Under the pieces are notes generated by a model, which saw only the letters and a list, made by a program, of their open reading frames with translations, ran no database searches and was not told where the DNA came from. From Candidatus Doudnabacteria bacterium (GTDB lineage: Bacteria > Patescibacteriota > Doudnabacteria > UBA920): a DNA stretch of 64,000 nt. Both the position numbers and the translations under genes were made by a program. Location of the stretch: contig PLYC01000010.1 of assembly GCA_003151625.1 (NCBI GenBank), forward strand, positions 133,515-197,514, written 5' to 3'. Position 1 is the first letter of the stretch. Each line of letters starts with the position of its first letter. This document shows positions 25,286-35,438 of the stretch, in pieces.

Positions 25286-26621
25286 TGTTTGCGCTCTCCT
25301 TGGCGCGGATGAGGCTAATAGCCTCTTTGGTGCTCACGTTGCTGGTTTGTCCTGTGGACATATCCTTGAGGGAAACATAGCCGCCGGCGACTTCGTCGTC
25401 GCCGATCACGATGATGAAAGGAATTCCCAGCCGGCTGGCGTAGGTTACCTTTTTTTTCAGCTTGGCATCATCGAAGTATACGGCCGTAGGTATGCCGCCT
25501 TCGCGCAACTCGGTAGCTGCCTGCAAAGGAACGCGGAGATCGGAAGTTTGCGGAATGACCAGCACTATAGCGGGCGTTGCGGATTTGGGAGTAATGATGC
25601 CCGCTTCGCGAAGCTGGTAAAACAGCCTGGTCAGGCCAATGGAAATTCCGACGCCGGGCAACTGTTTGTTGGTATAGTACCCAGCCAGGTCGTCGTAACG
25701 TCCGCCCGAACAGACACTGCCGATGCCGGGGTAGTCATTCAGCACCGTTTCGTACACGGTGCCCGTGTAATAGTCGAGGCCGCGGGCGATTGTCAGGTCA
25801 ATAGCGTAATTCTGCCCGGGAACCCCAAGCGCCGAGACGTAGGAAATTACCTTCTCCAATTCGTCGACGCCGGTATGGAAAGTGCCGTTGCTGATCTGCA
25901 TCTGCTTGAGCTGGGAGAGGATGGCGGCCGTGTCGCCTGTCAATCCGATGAACGCAAGAACTTCGCGCGCCGCATTGGGTGGCGCTCCTAGACCGGCCAA
26001 CTCCTGCTGAACTGCTTCCTGCCCGGCTTTCTCCAGCCTGTCGACCGAACGGAGGATGTCCGCGGCCTGGCTGGCAAGTCCGAGCGATTCGAAGAAGCCG
26101 TTCAGAATCTTGCGATTGTTGATTTTGATGGTGAAGCGGGAAAAGCCGAGCGCCGTAAAGGTTGCGTAGATGACGCTGGGAATTTCCGCGTCGTTTAGCA
26201 AACTCAAAGCGCCGTCGCCGATGATGTCGATGTCGCACTGGTAGAATTCCCGGAAACGGCCTCTCTGCGGCCGCTCTCCGCGGAACACTTTTCCGATGTG
26301 GTAGCGCCGGAAAGGAAACGCGAGGTCCGGATAGTGCTGCGCTACATAGCGGGCCAACGGAACCGTGAGATCAAACCTCAAGGCCAAATCGCTGTCGCCC
26401 TTGGTGAAGCGGTAAATCTGCTTTTCGGTCTCACCGCCCGCCTTGGCCAAAAGCACTTCGGCCAATTCGATGACGGGGGTATCTAGCGGAATGAACCCGA
26501 ACCGTTCATAGCTTTTCTGGATTACTCCCAACATGCCGTTGAACAGCATTTGGTCTGCCGGGAGCAGTTCCATAAAGCCGGAAAGGATCCGGGGGGTGAC
26601 TTTACTTGGATTGTTGTTCAT
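25254..26621 (-). CDS. Class-II HisRS-like paralog 2 (more canonical)
   Basis: Motif 2 FRGERPQRGRFREFYQCDIDIIG, ARGLDYYTG, CSGGRYDDL and ABD region AIVLVIP...IPFIIVIGDDE. Its 3' end overlaps paralog 1 by 32 nt. Confidence 0.8.
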   Translation of the reverse strand: MNNNPSKVTPRILSGFMELLPADQMLFNGMLGVIQKSYERFGFIPLDTPVIELAEVLLAKAGGETEKQIYRFTKGDSDLALRFDLTVPLARYVAQHYPDLAFPFRRYHIGKVFRGERPQRGRFREFYQCDIDIIGDGALSLLNDAEIPSVIYATFTALGFSRFTIKINNRKILNGFFESLGLASQAADILRSVDRLEKAGQEAVQQELAGLGAPPNAAREVLAFIGLTGDTAAILSQLKQMQISNGTFHTGVDELEKVISYVSALGVPGQNYAIDLTIARGLDYYTGTVYETVLNDYPGIGSVCSGGRYDDLAGYYTNKQLPGVGISIGLTRLFYQLREAGIITPKSATPAIVLVIPQTSDLRVPLQAATELREGGIPTAVYFDDAKLKKKVTYASRLGIPFIIVIGDDEVAGGYVSLKDMSTGQTSNVSTKEAISLIRAKESANNGSSTDPVSA

Positions 26622-26875
26622 AATATTTGATCAATCCTCCTGCATGGTACAAACTACGGAATGACTGGCTCCATAATTCTGCCAATCGATGGTAAAGAAC
26701 AAACAAGCTCATCCTTATTGCACGGATAAACTTATCGTATTACTATAAATCAATTTAGCTTATATTGTCAAGGAGATTGGGTTTGGCCAGAGAAGCCCCT
26801 GACAAAATTTTTTAACTTGATTTTATTGGATAAATAATATATATAAAAGTCGAGTGAACTGTAAAAAAAGATATC

Positions 26876-26920
26876 CGGGCAGCTCCTAAGAGGAACTGCC
26901 CGGAAGATAAAACCTTTGCC
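26876..26920 (-). terminator. Terminator after the MIO-lyase gene (CCGGGCAG...CTGCCCGG + T7 on the minus strand)
   Basis: Seen directly. Confidence 0.6.
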
Positions 26921-26933
26921 AAACGGCTCGGGT

Positions 26934-28589
26934 CTAAGTGGTCAACGCGTTGCAGGCTGACTGCATCAGACTTCCGTCTGCCAGCATGCCCTCGACTGCG
27001 TCCAACTCGGCCTTGAGATACCGGTCATCAAACCAGGTCTGGTGGCCTTTTGCCGTTTCCTTCTGGAATACGCCGCGGATGTGGCCGTAAGCCTCGCTCG
27101 TTCCGAGCCCGAGCTGCTGGAGGTTTTCCGGCAGCAAATGCTGAGTGAGGGTGATCCCTTGCGACGCCATGAACAGTTCGGCGGCAAGCACGCGACGGAT
27201 GATCGGCAGCATGGAGCGAACTTTGAGAGCGCTGTTCATTCCCATGCTCACCCAGTCTTCCTGGTCTGCCGAGGTCGTGATCGAATGAGTCGAGCAGGGA
27301 TTGGCCAGAAGCGCAATCTGATTCACCAAGGAGGCAACCCCATATTGCACGATCATCAGGCCGGTATTGGCCGTATTGGGACCGGCAAGATCCGCAGGCA
27401 AACCGTAGCTTAACCTGGGAGTAGTCAGAGCGAAACCTCGCCGGTCACTGGCGCCGGCAAGCGGCGTCAGGGCTATTGCGAGGTAATCCAGCGGCGCCGC
27501 CAAAGGCTGACCGTGAAAATTGCCGCCTGAAATGGCTATGTATTGCGCGCCGTTCTCATCATCCTCGAACACCAGAGGATTGTCGGTTGCCGAGTTGAGT
27601 TCGACTTCGAGAATCGATTCCAGATGAGAAAGTGCTTGGTATGCCGCCGCATGAATCTGGGGCGCACAGCGGAACGAGTAAGCGTCCTGAACGCGGGGAA
27701 CCTGCTTGCCGTGGCTAAACTTCTTCTGTTCGTCCGGAAAGGCTACGGATCTGGCTTCTTCCGTAATTCTCCTGGATCCTTCGGTAAACTTCCTGATGCG
27801 CGCCGCGGAATGAACCTGACCGGGTAATGGCCTGGCTTCATGGATGCGGGCATCGAAAGCGTTCTGTTCTCCGCGAATAGCCTCTAAAGACAAGGCCGTA
27901 GCGAGGTCGGCGGTTTCCAAGAGAATCCAGCCGTCCACTACCGCAAGACACGCAATTGCCGCAATGAAGTTGGCGCCGTTTGTCAGTGCCATGGCTTCTT
28001 TGGCCGCAAGCGTGAGGGGTTTGAGGCCGTGGTTTTCAAGAACTGTTCTGGCCGGTTGAATTTCGCCCGCCACGAACATTTGACCTTCCTCAAGGCCGAT
28101 TATGCCCGCGGACATGTGAGCCAAGGGAATTAAATCTCCCGAGGCGCCCACCGATCCGAACTCAGGGACTACCGGGGTAAGCCCCAAATTCAGGCAATCG
28201 CGGAGCCTTTCAATCAGGCAAGGTCGCACGCCGGAGTGACCCTTCAAAAAGTTGTTCAGCCGAACAAGCATGGCTGCTCGGGTGACTTCGGGTGAAAGCG
28301 GGTTCCCATAGCCGCAGCAATGGGCCGGGATATAACGCATCTGGTAATCGGACAGTTCGTCCGACGGCAACACTTGGTTCTTGCGGGAGCCACAGCCGGT
28401 ATTGACACCGTACATGATGTCTCCACGGATAGCGGCGGCTTCGAGTCCTTGACGGAAACGTTCGATTTTCGCAAACGTCTCGGGGTTGATCTGAACCTCG
28501 TGATGATGTCTGGCCACGGCTATAACCTGTTCAGTGGTTAAGCTGTGACCGTCTACCTCCACGATTCTCTGCGTAAGCATAGATTTCAC
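26934..28589 (-). CDS. MIO-dependent aromatic amino-acid ammonia-lyase/aminomutase family protein (HAL/PAL-like)
   Basis: Ala-Ser-Gly MIO triad in GSVGASGDLIPLAHM, plus YGVNTGCG and a selectivity-region A-H (IPAHCCGYG) resembling the HAL S-H. 551 aa. Confidence 0.85.
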   Translation of the reverse strand: MKSMLTQRIVEVDGHSLTTEQVIAVARHHHEVQINPETFAKIERFRQGLEAAAIRGDIMYGVNTGCGSRKNQVLPSDELSDYQMRYIPAHCCGYGNPLSPEVTRAAMLVRLNNFLKGHSGVRPCLIERLRDCLNLGLTPVVPEFGSVGASGDLIPLAHMSAGIIGLEEGQMFVAGEIQPARTVLENHGLKPLTLAAKEAMALTNGANFIAAIACLAVVDGWILLETADLATALSLEAIRGEQNAFDARIHEARPLPGQVHSAARIRKFTEGSRRITEEARSVAFPDEQKKFSHGKQVPRVQDAYSFRCAPQIHAAAYQALSHLESILEVELNSATDNPLVFEDDENGAQYIAISGGNFHGQPLAAPLDYLAIALTPLAGASDRRGFALTTPRLSYGLPADLAGPNTANTGLMIVQYGVASLVNQIALLANPCSTHSITTSADQEDWVSMGMNSALKVRSMLPIIRRVLAAELFMASQGITLTQHLLPENLQQLGLGTSEAYGHIRGVFQKETAKGHQTWFDDRYLKAELDAVEGMLADGSLMQSACNALTT

Positions 28590-28774
28590 TCCTAAACCGA
28601 GATTTCAACTGTACTGAGACTTAGAACAGACAACCCAAAAATAGGTGCGTTGATGTTATTTTTCCTCCAAATTCAAGGCAAAACAAACAACTCAACCCTT
28701 TGAGCGGTCTGGTCTGTGCTATATGCATATACCTTTTAACACCCTTCTGTCAAGGGCTTAAATAAAAGAGTTTT

Positions 28775-29374
28775 TTATCTACGCTTACCGACTTCGTCCG
28801 TAATATTTTTAAAAGAGATATCTTTTTCTGCCAGTAAAACGAACAGGTGGTAAATTAAATCCACAGTTTCCTCAATTAATCTGGGTTTGGTTTGTTTTTG
28901 CGCTGCGTGTACAACTTCGAGTGCTTCCTCGGCCACTTTTAGGGAAATTTTGTCCAAACCAGCTTTGAATAAAGAGGCTGTATAGGATTTTTTTGGCATC
29001 TTTAATTTTCGCTCCTGGATTACGCTGAACAACTCCAATAATTTGTTGGGGTCAAAATTTTCTTTAAAACAGGAATAAGCACCCGTATGGCACGTCGGAC
29101 CTACCGGTTTGGCTTTAATTAGTATTGCGTCGTTATCACAGTCTAACTTTATATCAACAAGGTTTAAGATGTTCTTGCTGGTTTCGCCTTTCATCCAGAG
29201 CCGCTGTTTGCTTCGGCTATAAAACCAAACTTTTTTTGTCTTTAAAGTTTTGGCGAAAGATTCCTTATTCATATAACCCAGCATCAAAACAGCGGACGTG
29301 TCGGCATCTTGAATGACGGCCGGTACCAGACCTTGACTTTTTGTCCAATTTATTTTTTTGATTAAATTTTTCAT
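28775..29374 (-). CDS. hisIE: Bifunctional phosphoribosyl-AMP cyclohydrolase / phosphoribosyl-ATP pyrophosphatase
   Basis: N-terminal HisI ([18 protein letters not shown]) and C-terminal HisE helices. Confidence 0.85.
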   Translation of the reverse strand: MKNLIKKINWTKSQGLVPAVIQDADTSAVLMLGYMNKESFAKTLKTKKVWFYSRSKQRLWMKGETSKNILNLVDIKLDCDNDAILIKAKPVGPTCHTGAYSCFKENFDPNKLLELFSVIQERKLKMPKKSYTASLFKAGLDKISLKVAEEALEVVHAAQKQTKPRLIEETVDLIYHLFVLLAEKDISFKNITDEVGKRR

Positions 29375-30855
29375 AAGCGTATTGGTATGTTATTAGTTGA
29401 TAAATAATTTTTAACCTGGCTGACGCTAAATTGTCCATAATGGAACAAACTTGCTACCAATGCCGCGTCTGCCTTGCCCTCGGTAAAAGCCAATTTTAAA
29501 TCTTCCAAAGATCCGGCGCCGCCTGATGCGATAACAGGGATTTTTACCGCTTCCGAAACTTTTTTCAAAAGCTCTAAATCATAACCTGATTTTGTGCCGT
29601 CCTTATCCATAGAGGTCAATAAAATTTCTCCCGCTCCTCTTTTTTCAGCTTCTTTGGCCCAGTCGATTGCGTTTAATGAAGTTTCATCGCGGCCGCCCTT
29701 TAGAAATACTTTATATACGCCATCCTTCTTTTTTGCGTCAATTGCTACCACCACGCATTGCCGGCCAAAAGCAAGCGCTGCTTCGGAAATAAATTCGGGG
29801 TTAAGCACGGCCGTGGTATTAATGGAAATTTTGTCAGCGCCTAATTGCAATAATTTGCGAATATCATCAACGGTCTTAATTCCGCCCCCAACGGTGAAAG
29901 GTATAAAGACCTCTTTGGCCACCTGGGCTACCATGTCAAATAACGTCTGCCGATTCTCATGCGACGCGGTAATGTCAAGAAAGACCAGCTCGTCAGCGCC
30001 TTCTTCAGAATACCTGCGACCCAAGGCTACCGGGTCGCCCGCATCCCTCAGGTTTACAAAAGATACGCCCTTAACCACCCTGCCGTCTTTAACGTCCAAG
30101 CAGGGAATAATTCGTTTGGTTAAGTTTGATACAGGTGTTTGAAAATTTAAAGCCTCAGCCAACGTTAGCCTATTTTCATACAAAGCTTTGCCCAAAATGG
30201 CGCCAAAGGCACCCAATGTATTTATTTTTTTCAGAGATTTTAAATCGGAAATTCCTCCGGACGCTATAACATTAAACCCCAAATTTATCAGTTCTTTTAA
30301 AACTATAAAATTTGGCTCGGTTAGGCTGCCGTCTTTTTCCACGTCCGTAAACAAGATTTCGGTTATCCCAAGGGTTTTAAGTTCTTTGGCAAAATCCAAA
30401 TAATTTTTATCAACGGTTTCCTGCCACCCTTTTATCGCAATTTTGCCTTTTTTAATTTCCAGCGCTACTACTATTCGCTTGCTGCCGAACTCTTTAATTA
30501 AAGATGATAATAGGCCAAAATCCGTTAATGCTTTGGTGCCTAAAACAGCACGCCGCACGCCGGAATTTAAATATTTTTGCGCGGTACTTATATCGCGGAT
30601 CCCTCCGCCGACTTCTATGGGAATTTTGACAGCCTTACAAATTTTGGTAATCAGTTCCTGGTTGACCGGCACTCCTGTTTTAGCCGCATCCAAATCAATA
30701 ATATGAAGCATGGCCGCCCCTTGCCGCTCAAAGTCTTGGGCCACGCCTAAAGGATCGGAAGAATAAATTTTTTTCGTGGAAAATTCTCCCTTAGTTAACC
30801 TTACACATTTGCCGTCAATAATGTCTATCGCGGGAATAATTAACATAAATCGCAA
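29371..30855 (-). CDS. hisAF: Fused HisA-HisF protein (ProFAR isomerase + IGP synthase cyclase subunit)
   Basis: The first ~240 aa are HisA-like ([27 protein letters not shown]). The last ~250 aa are HisF-like ([44 protein letters not shown]). Continuous 494-aa ORF. Confidence 0.85.
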   Translation of the reverse strand: MRFMLIIPAIDIIDGKCVRLTKGEFSTKKIYSSDPLGVAQDFERQGAAMLHIIDLDAAKTGVPVNQELITKICKAVKIPIEVGGGIRDISTAQKYLNSGVRRAVLGTKALTDFGLLSSLIKEFGSKRIVVALEIKKGKIAIKGWQETVDKNYLDFAKELKTLGITEILFTDVEKDGSLTEPNFIVLKELINLGFNVIASGGISDLKSLKKINTLGAFGAILGKALYENRLTLAEALNFQTPVSNLTKRIIPCLDVKDGRVVKGVSFVNLRDAGDPVALGRRYSEEGADELVFLDITASHENRQTLFDMVAQVAKEVFIPFTVGGGIKTVDDIRKLLQLGADKISINTTAVLNPEFISEAALAFGRQCVVVAIDAKKKDGVYKVFLKGGRDETSLNAIDWAKEAEKRGAGEILLTSMDKDGTKSGYDLELLKKVSEAVKIPVIASGGAGSLEDLKLAFTEGKADAALVASLFHYGQFSVSQVKNYLSTNNIPIRL

Positions 30856-31430
30856 AAGTTAGATAATAATTTCATTCCCCATTGTCCGGATTTTTCCGGA
30901 TGGAATTGAGTAGCGTAAAAGTTATCTTTCTGTGCGATGGCCGCAAAATCAACATCATAAGCGGTTTGACCGATAACGTATTTTAAGTCCGTTGCCAAAT
31001 AATACGAGTGCACAAAGTAAAAGAAACTACCTGTCGGAATTTCTGTCGTAAGCTTGGATTCTTTAATTAGCTCAACTTTATTCCAGCCCATATGCGGGAC
31101 TTTTAAGTCTGTTTGGAATCTTACTACCCGGCCGGGAATTATAGATAAACATTCGGTGTTATCTTCTTCCGAAAATTCCGCCATCAACTGCATGCCTAGA
31201 CATATCCCTAAAGTAGGAACTTTAAGTTTAGGTAAAACTTTGGCAAAGCCGCTTCCTATTAGTTTCTCCATAGCGCTTCCCGCCGCGCCAACCCCGGGCA
31301 AAATAACCTTATCAAAAGCAGCCAAGCTTTCCGGTTTGTTTACAATCTCAAAAGACTTGCCAAGCGAAGTTAACGCGTTGGCTACGCTTTGTAAGTTACT
31401 CGCGCCATAATCTATAATCGCGATTTTCAT
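30840..31430 (-). CDS. hisH: Imidazole glycerol phosphate synthase glutaminase subunit
   Basis: [22 protein letters not shown] (catalytic Cys) and VHSYY. Confidence 0.9.
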   Translation of the reverse strand: MKIAIIDYGASNLQSVANALTSLGKSFEIVNKPESLAAFDKVILPGVGAAGSAMEKLIGSGFAKVLPKLKVPTLGICLGMQLMAEFSEEDNTECLSIIPGRVVRFQTDLKVPHMGWNKVELIKESKLTTEIPTGSFFYFVHSYYLATDLKYVIGQTAYDVDFAAIAQKDNFYATQFHPEKSGQWGMKLLSNFCDLC

Positions 31431-32489
31431 TTATAATGACCCTTTCGTGGAAGGCAGTATATCCTTTTGCCGGAAGTCCTTATCAACCGCCATACGCAAA
31501 GCCTTGGCAAAAGCTTTGAAGATTGCCTCTATTTTGTGATGTTCATTCCGGCTATATTTAACATTAATGTGAATATTGGCCTTCATTGTTTCGGCAACTG
31601 AACGGAAAAAGTGTTCTACCATTTCCGTTGGCAGGTCTCCGACCTTCTCTCTTTTAAAATCACAGTTAAACACTAAATACGGTCTGCCGCCCAAGTCTAT
31701 CGCAACCTCCACAAGCGTATCGTCCATTGGCAATAAGAATCCATAACGTTTTATGCCTTTTCTTTCGCCCAATGCCTGTAATAGAGTCTGCCCCAATGTT
31801 AGCCCCACATCTTCTATTGTGTGGTGGTCATCTATCTGTAAATCGCCCTTGGCTTTAATTGTTAAATCAATCAGCGAGTGTTTGGAAAGCTGTTCCAGCA
31901 TGTGGTTGAAAAAATTGATTCCCGTATCAACGCTAAAATTCCCTTGTCCATCCAGATTGCACAAAATAAAAACTTCGGTTTCTTTTGTGCCGCGCTCCAA
32001 GCTTGCGATTCTCGGAAATATTGAATTGGTTTGCATGCCAAAAAACTTCACTCCGATATTTTTGGCAAATCCCGCATCGCTTTCCCTGTCTCCGACCATA
32101 AAAGATTTTTCAAAGTCTATAAGTTCTTTTTGCAAGAAACTTTTCAATAATCCGGCTTTCGGCTTCCTGCAATTGCATTTATCTTTAGCAAAATGAGGGC
32201 AGGTAAATATTCCGTAAAATTCTACCCCTTCCTTTTTTAGCAGTTTCAAAAAAGCATTTTGTACTATTTCAAAATCTTTTTTTGGAAAGGACATTGTACC
32301 CAGGCCGTCCTGATTGGAAACCATAACCAGTTTATAGTTTTGATTTGTCAGATTCTGTAGAACTAAAATTACCCCAGGCAAAATTTTAAGTTTGTCCAGG
32401 CTGTCTACCTGCTCGGTAACCGGCGGTTCAATAATTAGTGTGCCGTCCCTGTCCAAAAAGGCAATTTTTAACAGTTGTCCGGAATTCAT
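31431..32489 (-). CDS. hisB: Bifunctional histidinol-phosphatase / imidazoleglycerol-phosphate dehydratase
   Basis: N-terminal HAD motif FLDRDGTL. C-terminal IGPD motifs (DDHHTIED, RNEHHKIEA). Confidence 0.9.
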   Translation of the reverse strand: MNSGQLLKIAFLDRDGTLIIEPPVTEQVDSLDKLKILPGVILVLQNLTNQNYKLVMVSNQDGLGTMSFPKKDFEIVQNAFLKLLKKEGVEFYGIFTCPHFAKDKCNCRKPKAGLLKSFLQKELIDFEKSFMVGDRESDAGFAKNIGVKFFGMQTNSIFPRIASLERGTKETEVFILCNLDGQGNFSVDTGINFFNHMLEQLSKHSLIDLTIKAKGDLQIDDHHTIEDVGLTLGQTLLQALGERKGIKRYGFLLPMDDTLVEVAIDLGGRPYLVFNCDFKREKVGDLPTEMVEHFFRSVAETMKANIHINVKYSRNEHHKIEAIFKAFAKALRMAVDKDFRQKDILPSTKGSL

Positions 32490-33526
32490 ATAATTGATGA
32501 TAAATTTTTAATTAATAATTGATTTTGCTCCGGTGTGCCAATGGAAATCCTAATGCAGTTTTCGAGTTTGGGTTTGGAATTAAAATCTCTTACGATAATT
32601 CCAAAATCTTCGGCTAATTTTTTCGCTATCAGCGATGCGTTAGGATAACGAACCAGTAAAAAATTGGCTTCGCTGGGAAAAACTTTAAATCCTAATTTAG
32701 TTAATTCCAAAGCCAATTTTTCTCTTTCCCTGAGTATTAAGGTTTTAAATTCCAACATCTTTGGGTATTGCTGCAAGGCCTGTATAGCTATCTTGCTGGA
32801 AACACGGTTTAAATTATATGGCGGCTTAATTTTGTTTAAATATTCAATAGGAGCCTCCTGCGCTACGGCATAACCTACCCGAATACCGGCTAATCCCCAG
32901 GCTTTGGAAAAAGTTCTAAGTATAATCAAATTTTCCAAACTTGATATTTTGCCGATTAAAGACGGCTTTGAAGCAAACTCAACGTAAGCCTCATCAACCA
33001 CTACAATGCCGCGGAAATTGCCGCAAATCTTTTCCAATTCTTCCGGCTTAATTAAAGTTCCGGTAGGGTTGTTTGGGGAGCAACAAAAAATAATCTTTGT
33101 TTTGCTGTTTATTTGGGAAAGCAGGTTTGGAACATCCACTTGGAAATCTGAAGTCAAAGAAATATTTTTTACTGCCACCCCGGCAACTTCGGCCGCAACT
33201 TTGTACATCCCGTATGTGGGTTCCATTATTATAATTTCTTCGTCTGGCTCTACAAAAAGACGAATAAGCAAATCTATGGCCTCGTCCGAACCGTTACCCA
33301 CAAAAATGTTTTTTTCCGAAATTCCCAAAAATTTTCCCAATGCTTTGCGCAAATCAAGGGAGTAGGGATCGGGATAACGGTTAAGTTCGTTGTCGATTGA
33401 TTCGTTAATGACACTGCCAAGCGAGTTTTCGTTGGCGTCCATAAAGACGCCTTTTTGATAAAGGCTGCGGGCCGAACTATAAGGTTTAAAGCCTCTTAAA
33501 TTGGAACGTATTAAATCGGTAATCAT
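32486..33526 (-). CDS. hisC: Histidinol-phosphate aminotransferase
   Basis: Class-II aminotransferase with GSDEAIDLL and the PLP-Lys region TFSKAWGLAGIRVGY. Confidence 0.9.
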   Translation of the reverse strand: MITDLIRSNLRGFKPYSSARSLYQKGVFMDANENSLGSVINESIDNELNRYPDPYSLDLRKALGKFLGISEKNIFVGNGSDEAIDLLIRLFVEPDEEIIIMEPTYGMYKVAAEVAGVAVKNISLTSDFQVDVPNLLSQINSKTKIIFCCSPNNPTGTLIKPEELEKICGNFRGIVVVDEAYVEFASKPSLIGKISSLENLIILRTFSKAWGLAGIRVGYAVAQEAPIEYLNKIKPPYNLNRVSSKIAIQALQQYPKMLEFKTLILREREKLALELTKLGFKVFPSEANFLLVRYPNASLIAKKLAEDFGIIVRDFNSKPKLENCIRISIGTPEQNQLLIKNLSSII

Positions 33527-34818
33527 AAATTTTTCTTGAATCTTATACTTACGGCATTTTTGTGGGCATCAAGGCCTTCTTTTGCAGCCAGGACTTCAAC
33601 CGTGGTTCTTAAATTTTTAATTCCTTCTTTGGTGACTTGTTGAATTTGCATTTTCTTTCCAAAAGATTCTACGGAAAGCGCCGAGAACATTTTAGCATAA
33701 CCGGAGGTAGGCAAGGTGTGATTACTGCCTGTGGCGTAATCTCCCAAAGGCTCGCTGGAATAATTTCCCAAAAATACCGAACCCGCGTTGTTTATTCTTT
33801 TCAGTATGGCATTCTCGTTCTTACAAACTATTTCCAAGTGCTCGGGAGCATAATCGTTAATTAAATCACAAGCTTCCGTTATGGTTTTTGTGATAATAAT
33901 AAAGCTGTTTTTTAAAGACTGCCGCACAATCTGCAACCGGAAAAGTTGCTCGGCCTGTTTTAAAACTTGATCGTAAACCTGTTTTGCCAAAGTTTCGGAT
34001 AAAGTAACCAAAATCGCCTGAGAGTCTTCGCCGTGTTCTAACTGCGAAAGCAGATCCGCGGCAATCCAATCCGGGTCAGCGCTTTCGTCCGCTAAGGCTA
34101 AAACCTCGGAAGGGCCAGCCGGCATATCTATATCCACCTCTCCATATACCATCATTTTTGCAGTGGTAACGTATTGATTCCCGGGACCAAAAATTTTTGA
34201 TACTTTAGGTATGGACTCTGTACCGTAAGCCATGGCCGCAACAGCCTGTGCCCCGCCTACTTTAAAAATTTTTGATATACCGCACAAATCAGCTGCTATC
34301 AGTACCGCGCTTGGAACCTTTCCTTCTTTGTTCGGAGGCACGCAAAGCACAATTTCTTTACAACCGGCAATTTTTGCGGGAATGGCTAACATTAAAACCG
34401 TGGAAGGATAAGCCGCCTTTCCGCCGGGAATATAAAGGCCAACCTTTTCAATCGGGCGAAATTCCCGCCAGATTTGGACGCCTTTGGCGGTTGTGACTTT
34501 TTGTTCCTTAATTTGCACGTTGCTTTTGTGAAATTTTTCAATGTTAGTTTTAGCTACTTTTAGCGCCTTAACCAATTCCTTACTTTCTTGTTTATAAGCC
34601 GTAGCTATTTCTTGTTTAGAGACCGCTAGGACTTTTAAATCCGCCCCTTCAAATTTTTTAGTAAAAGCAAAAAGCGCTTTGTCTTTATTTTTTCGGACAT
34701 CGCCAATTATTTTACTTACTACCGCCTCTACATTTGTTTTTTTGCTTTGCCTTTCCCGGATCAAATTCAGTATAGTTTGAAAGGAATATTGCTTTGTAGA
34801 TATAATTTTCATAAACAT
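33523..34818 (-). CDS. hisD: Histidinol dehydrogenase
   Basis: Typical HisD length and motifs ([22 protein letters not shown]). Confidence 0.9.
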   Translation of the reverse strand: MFMKIISTKQYSFQTILNLIRERQSKKTNVEAVVSKIIGDVRKNKDKALFAFTKKFEGADLKVLAVSKQEIATAYKQESKELVKALKVAKTNIEKFHKSNVQIKEQKVTTAKGVQIWREFRPIEKVGLYIPGGKAAYPSTVLMLAIPAKIAGCKEIVLCVPPNKEGKVPSAVLIAADLCGISKIFKVGGAQAVAAMAYGTESIPKVSKIFGPGNQYVTTAKMMVYGEVDIDMPAGPSEVLALADESADPDWIAADLLSQLEHGEDSQAILVTLSETLAKQVYDQVLKQAEQLFRLQIVRQSLKNSFIIITKTITEACDLINDYAPEHLEIVCKNENAILKRINNAGSVFLGNYSSEPLGDYATGSNHTLPTSGYAKMFSALSVESFGKKMQIQQVTKEGIKNLRTTVEVLAAKEGLDAHKNAVSIRFKKNL

Positions 34819-35438
34819 TAATTAATACCGCACTTGGATAAGAATTTTGCTTTGGCCTGCTTATTAATCGGGCTTTCGATTAATACGGCTTGGGATTCTA
34901 ATATCGTGAATAACGGCACCAAATTATGCGCTTTTAAAGTAGTGCCGGTTTGCACTATATCGCAAATAGCGTCTGCCAGGTTCAAATCTGGCGTTATTTC
35001 CACGGAACCGGAAATGGGAATTATGGCCGCCTCAAGCTTCTCTTTTTTTAAATAGTCGGTAAGCAGTTTTGGATAGGAAGTGGCGATTCTTTCTCCTTCC
35101 AAATCCTTGGAGGTTTTTATAACGGAGTCTGCCGGAGCCGCTATCATCAGCCTGCATTTGCCAAAATCAAACTTTTTTAATATTTTCGGTTCAAATTCTT
35201 TTTCCGCGAGGACATTTTGTCCCACAATGCCAAAATCCGCCACGCCCCGGCTCACGTATTCCGGAATATCATCGTCCCTAAGATATAATACATCAAGGTC
35301 AAAATTTTGACAGGGCAGAATTAGCGAATGCCCGTTTGGAGCAAAAGTCAGCCCGCAAGAAACAAGGAAGTCCATACTGCCCTGATTCAGCCGGCCGCTT
35401 TTTTGAACGGCAATTCTTAGTCTTTCCGGAGTTTTCAT
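34818..35438 (-). CDS. hisG: ATP phosphoribosyltransferase, short form
   Basis: 206 aa short HisG (LRIAVQKSGRL). Overlaps the upstream HisRS gene by ATGA. Confidence 0.9.
   Translation of the reverse strand: MKTPERLRIAVQKSGRLNQGSMDFLVSCGLTFAPNGHSLILPCQNFDLDVLYLRDDDIPEYVSRGVADFGIVGQNVLAEKEFEPKILKKFDFGKCRLMIAAPADSVIKTSKDLEGERIATSYPKLLTDYLKKEKLEAAIIPISGSVEITPDLNLADAICDIVQTGTTLKAHNLVPLFTILESQAVLIESPINKQAKAKFLSKCGIN

Larger units (their letters stand above)
22975..28770. other. High-GC (about 60%) island in a ~38% GC backbone, with all genes on the minus strand and its own AT-rich promoter spacers and terminators
   Basis: Abrupt composition and codon-usage shift at about 22985 and about 28600. 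TTTTTTATCTA occurs at both edges (22959-22969 and 28764-28774). Confidence 0.7.

Noticed and set aside
23930-25991. Several long plus-strand ORFs (23930-24475, 24545-25027, 25049-25312, 25347-25991) inside the high-GC island
   Set aside because: They are antisense to the well-supported HisRS-like genes. Their protein composition is Arg/Pro/Gly-rich, as expected for shadow ORFs in 60% GC DNA.
28590-28770. Right island border examined for an integrase, an att-type tRNA or a long direct repeat
   Set aside because: Only an 11-nt TTTTTTATCTA repeat shared with the left border was found. No recombinase gene lies within the island.
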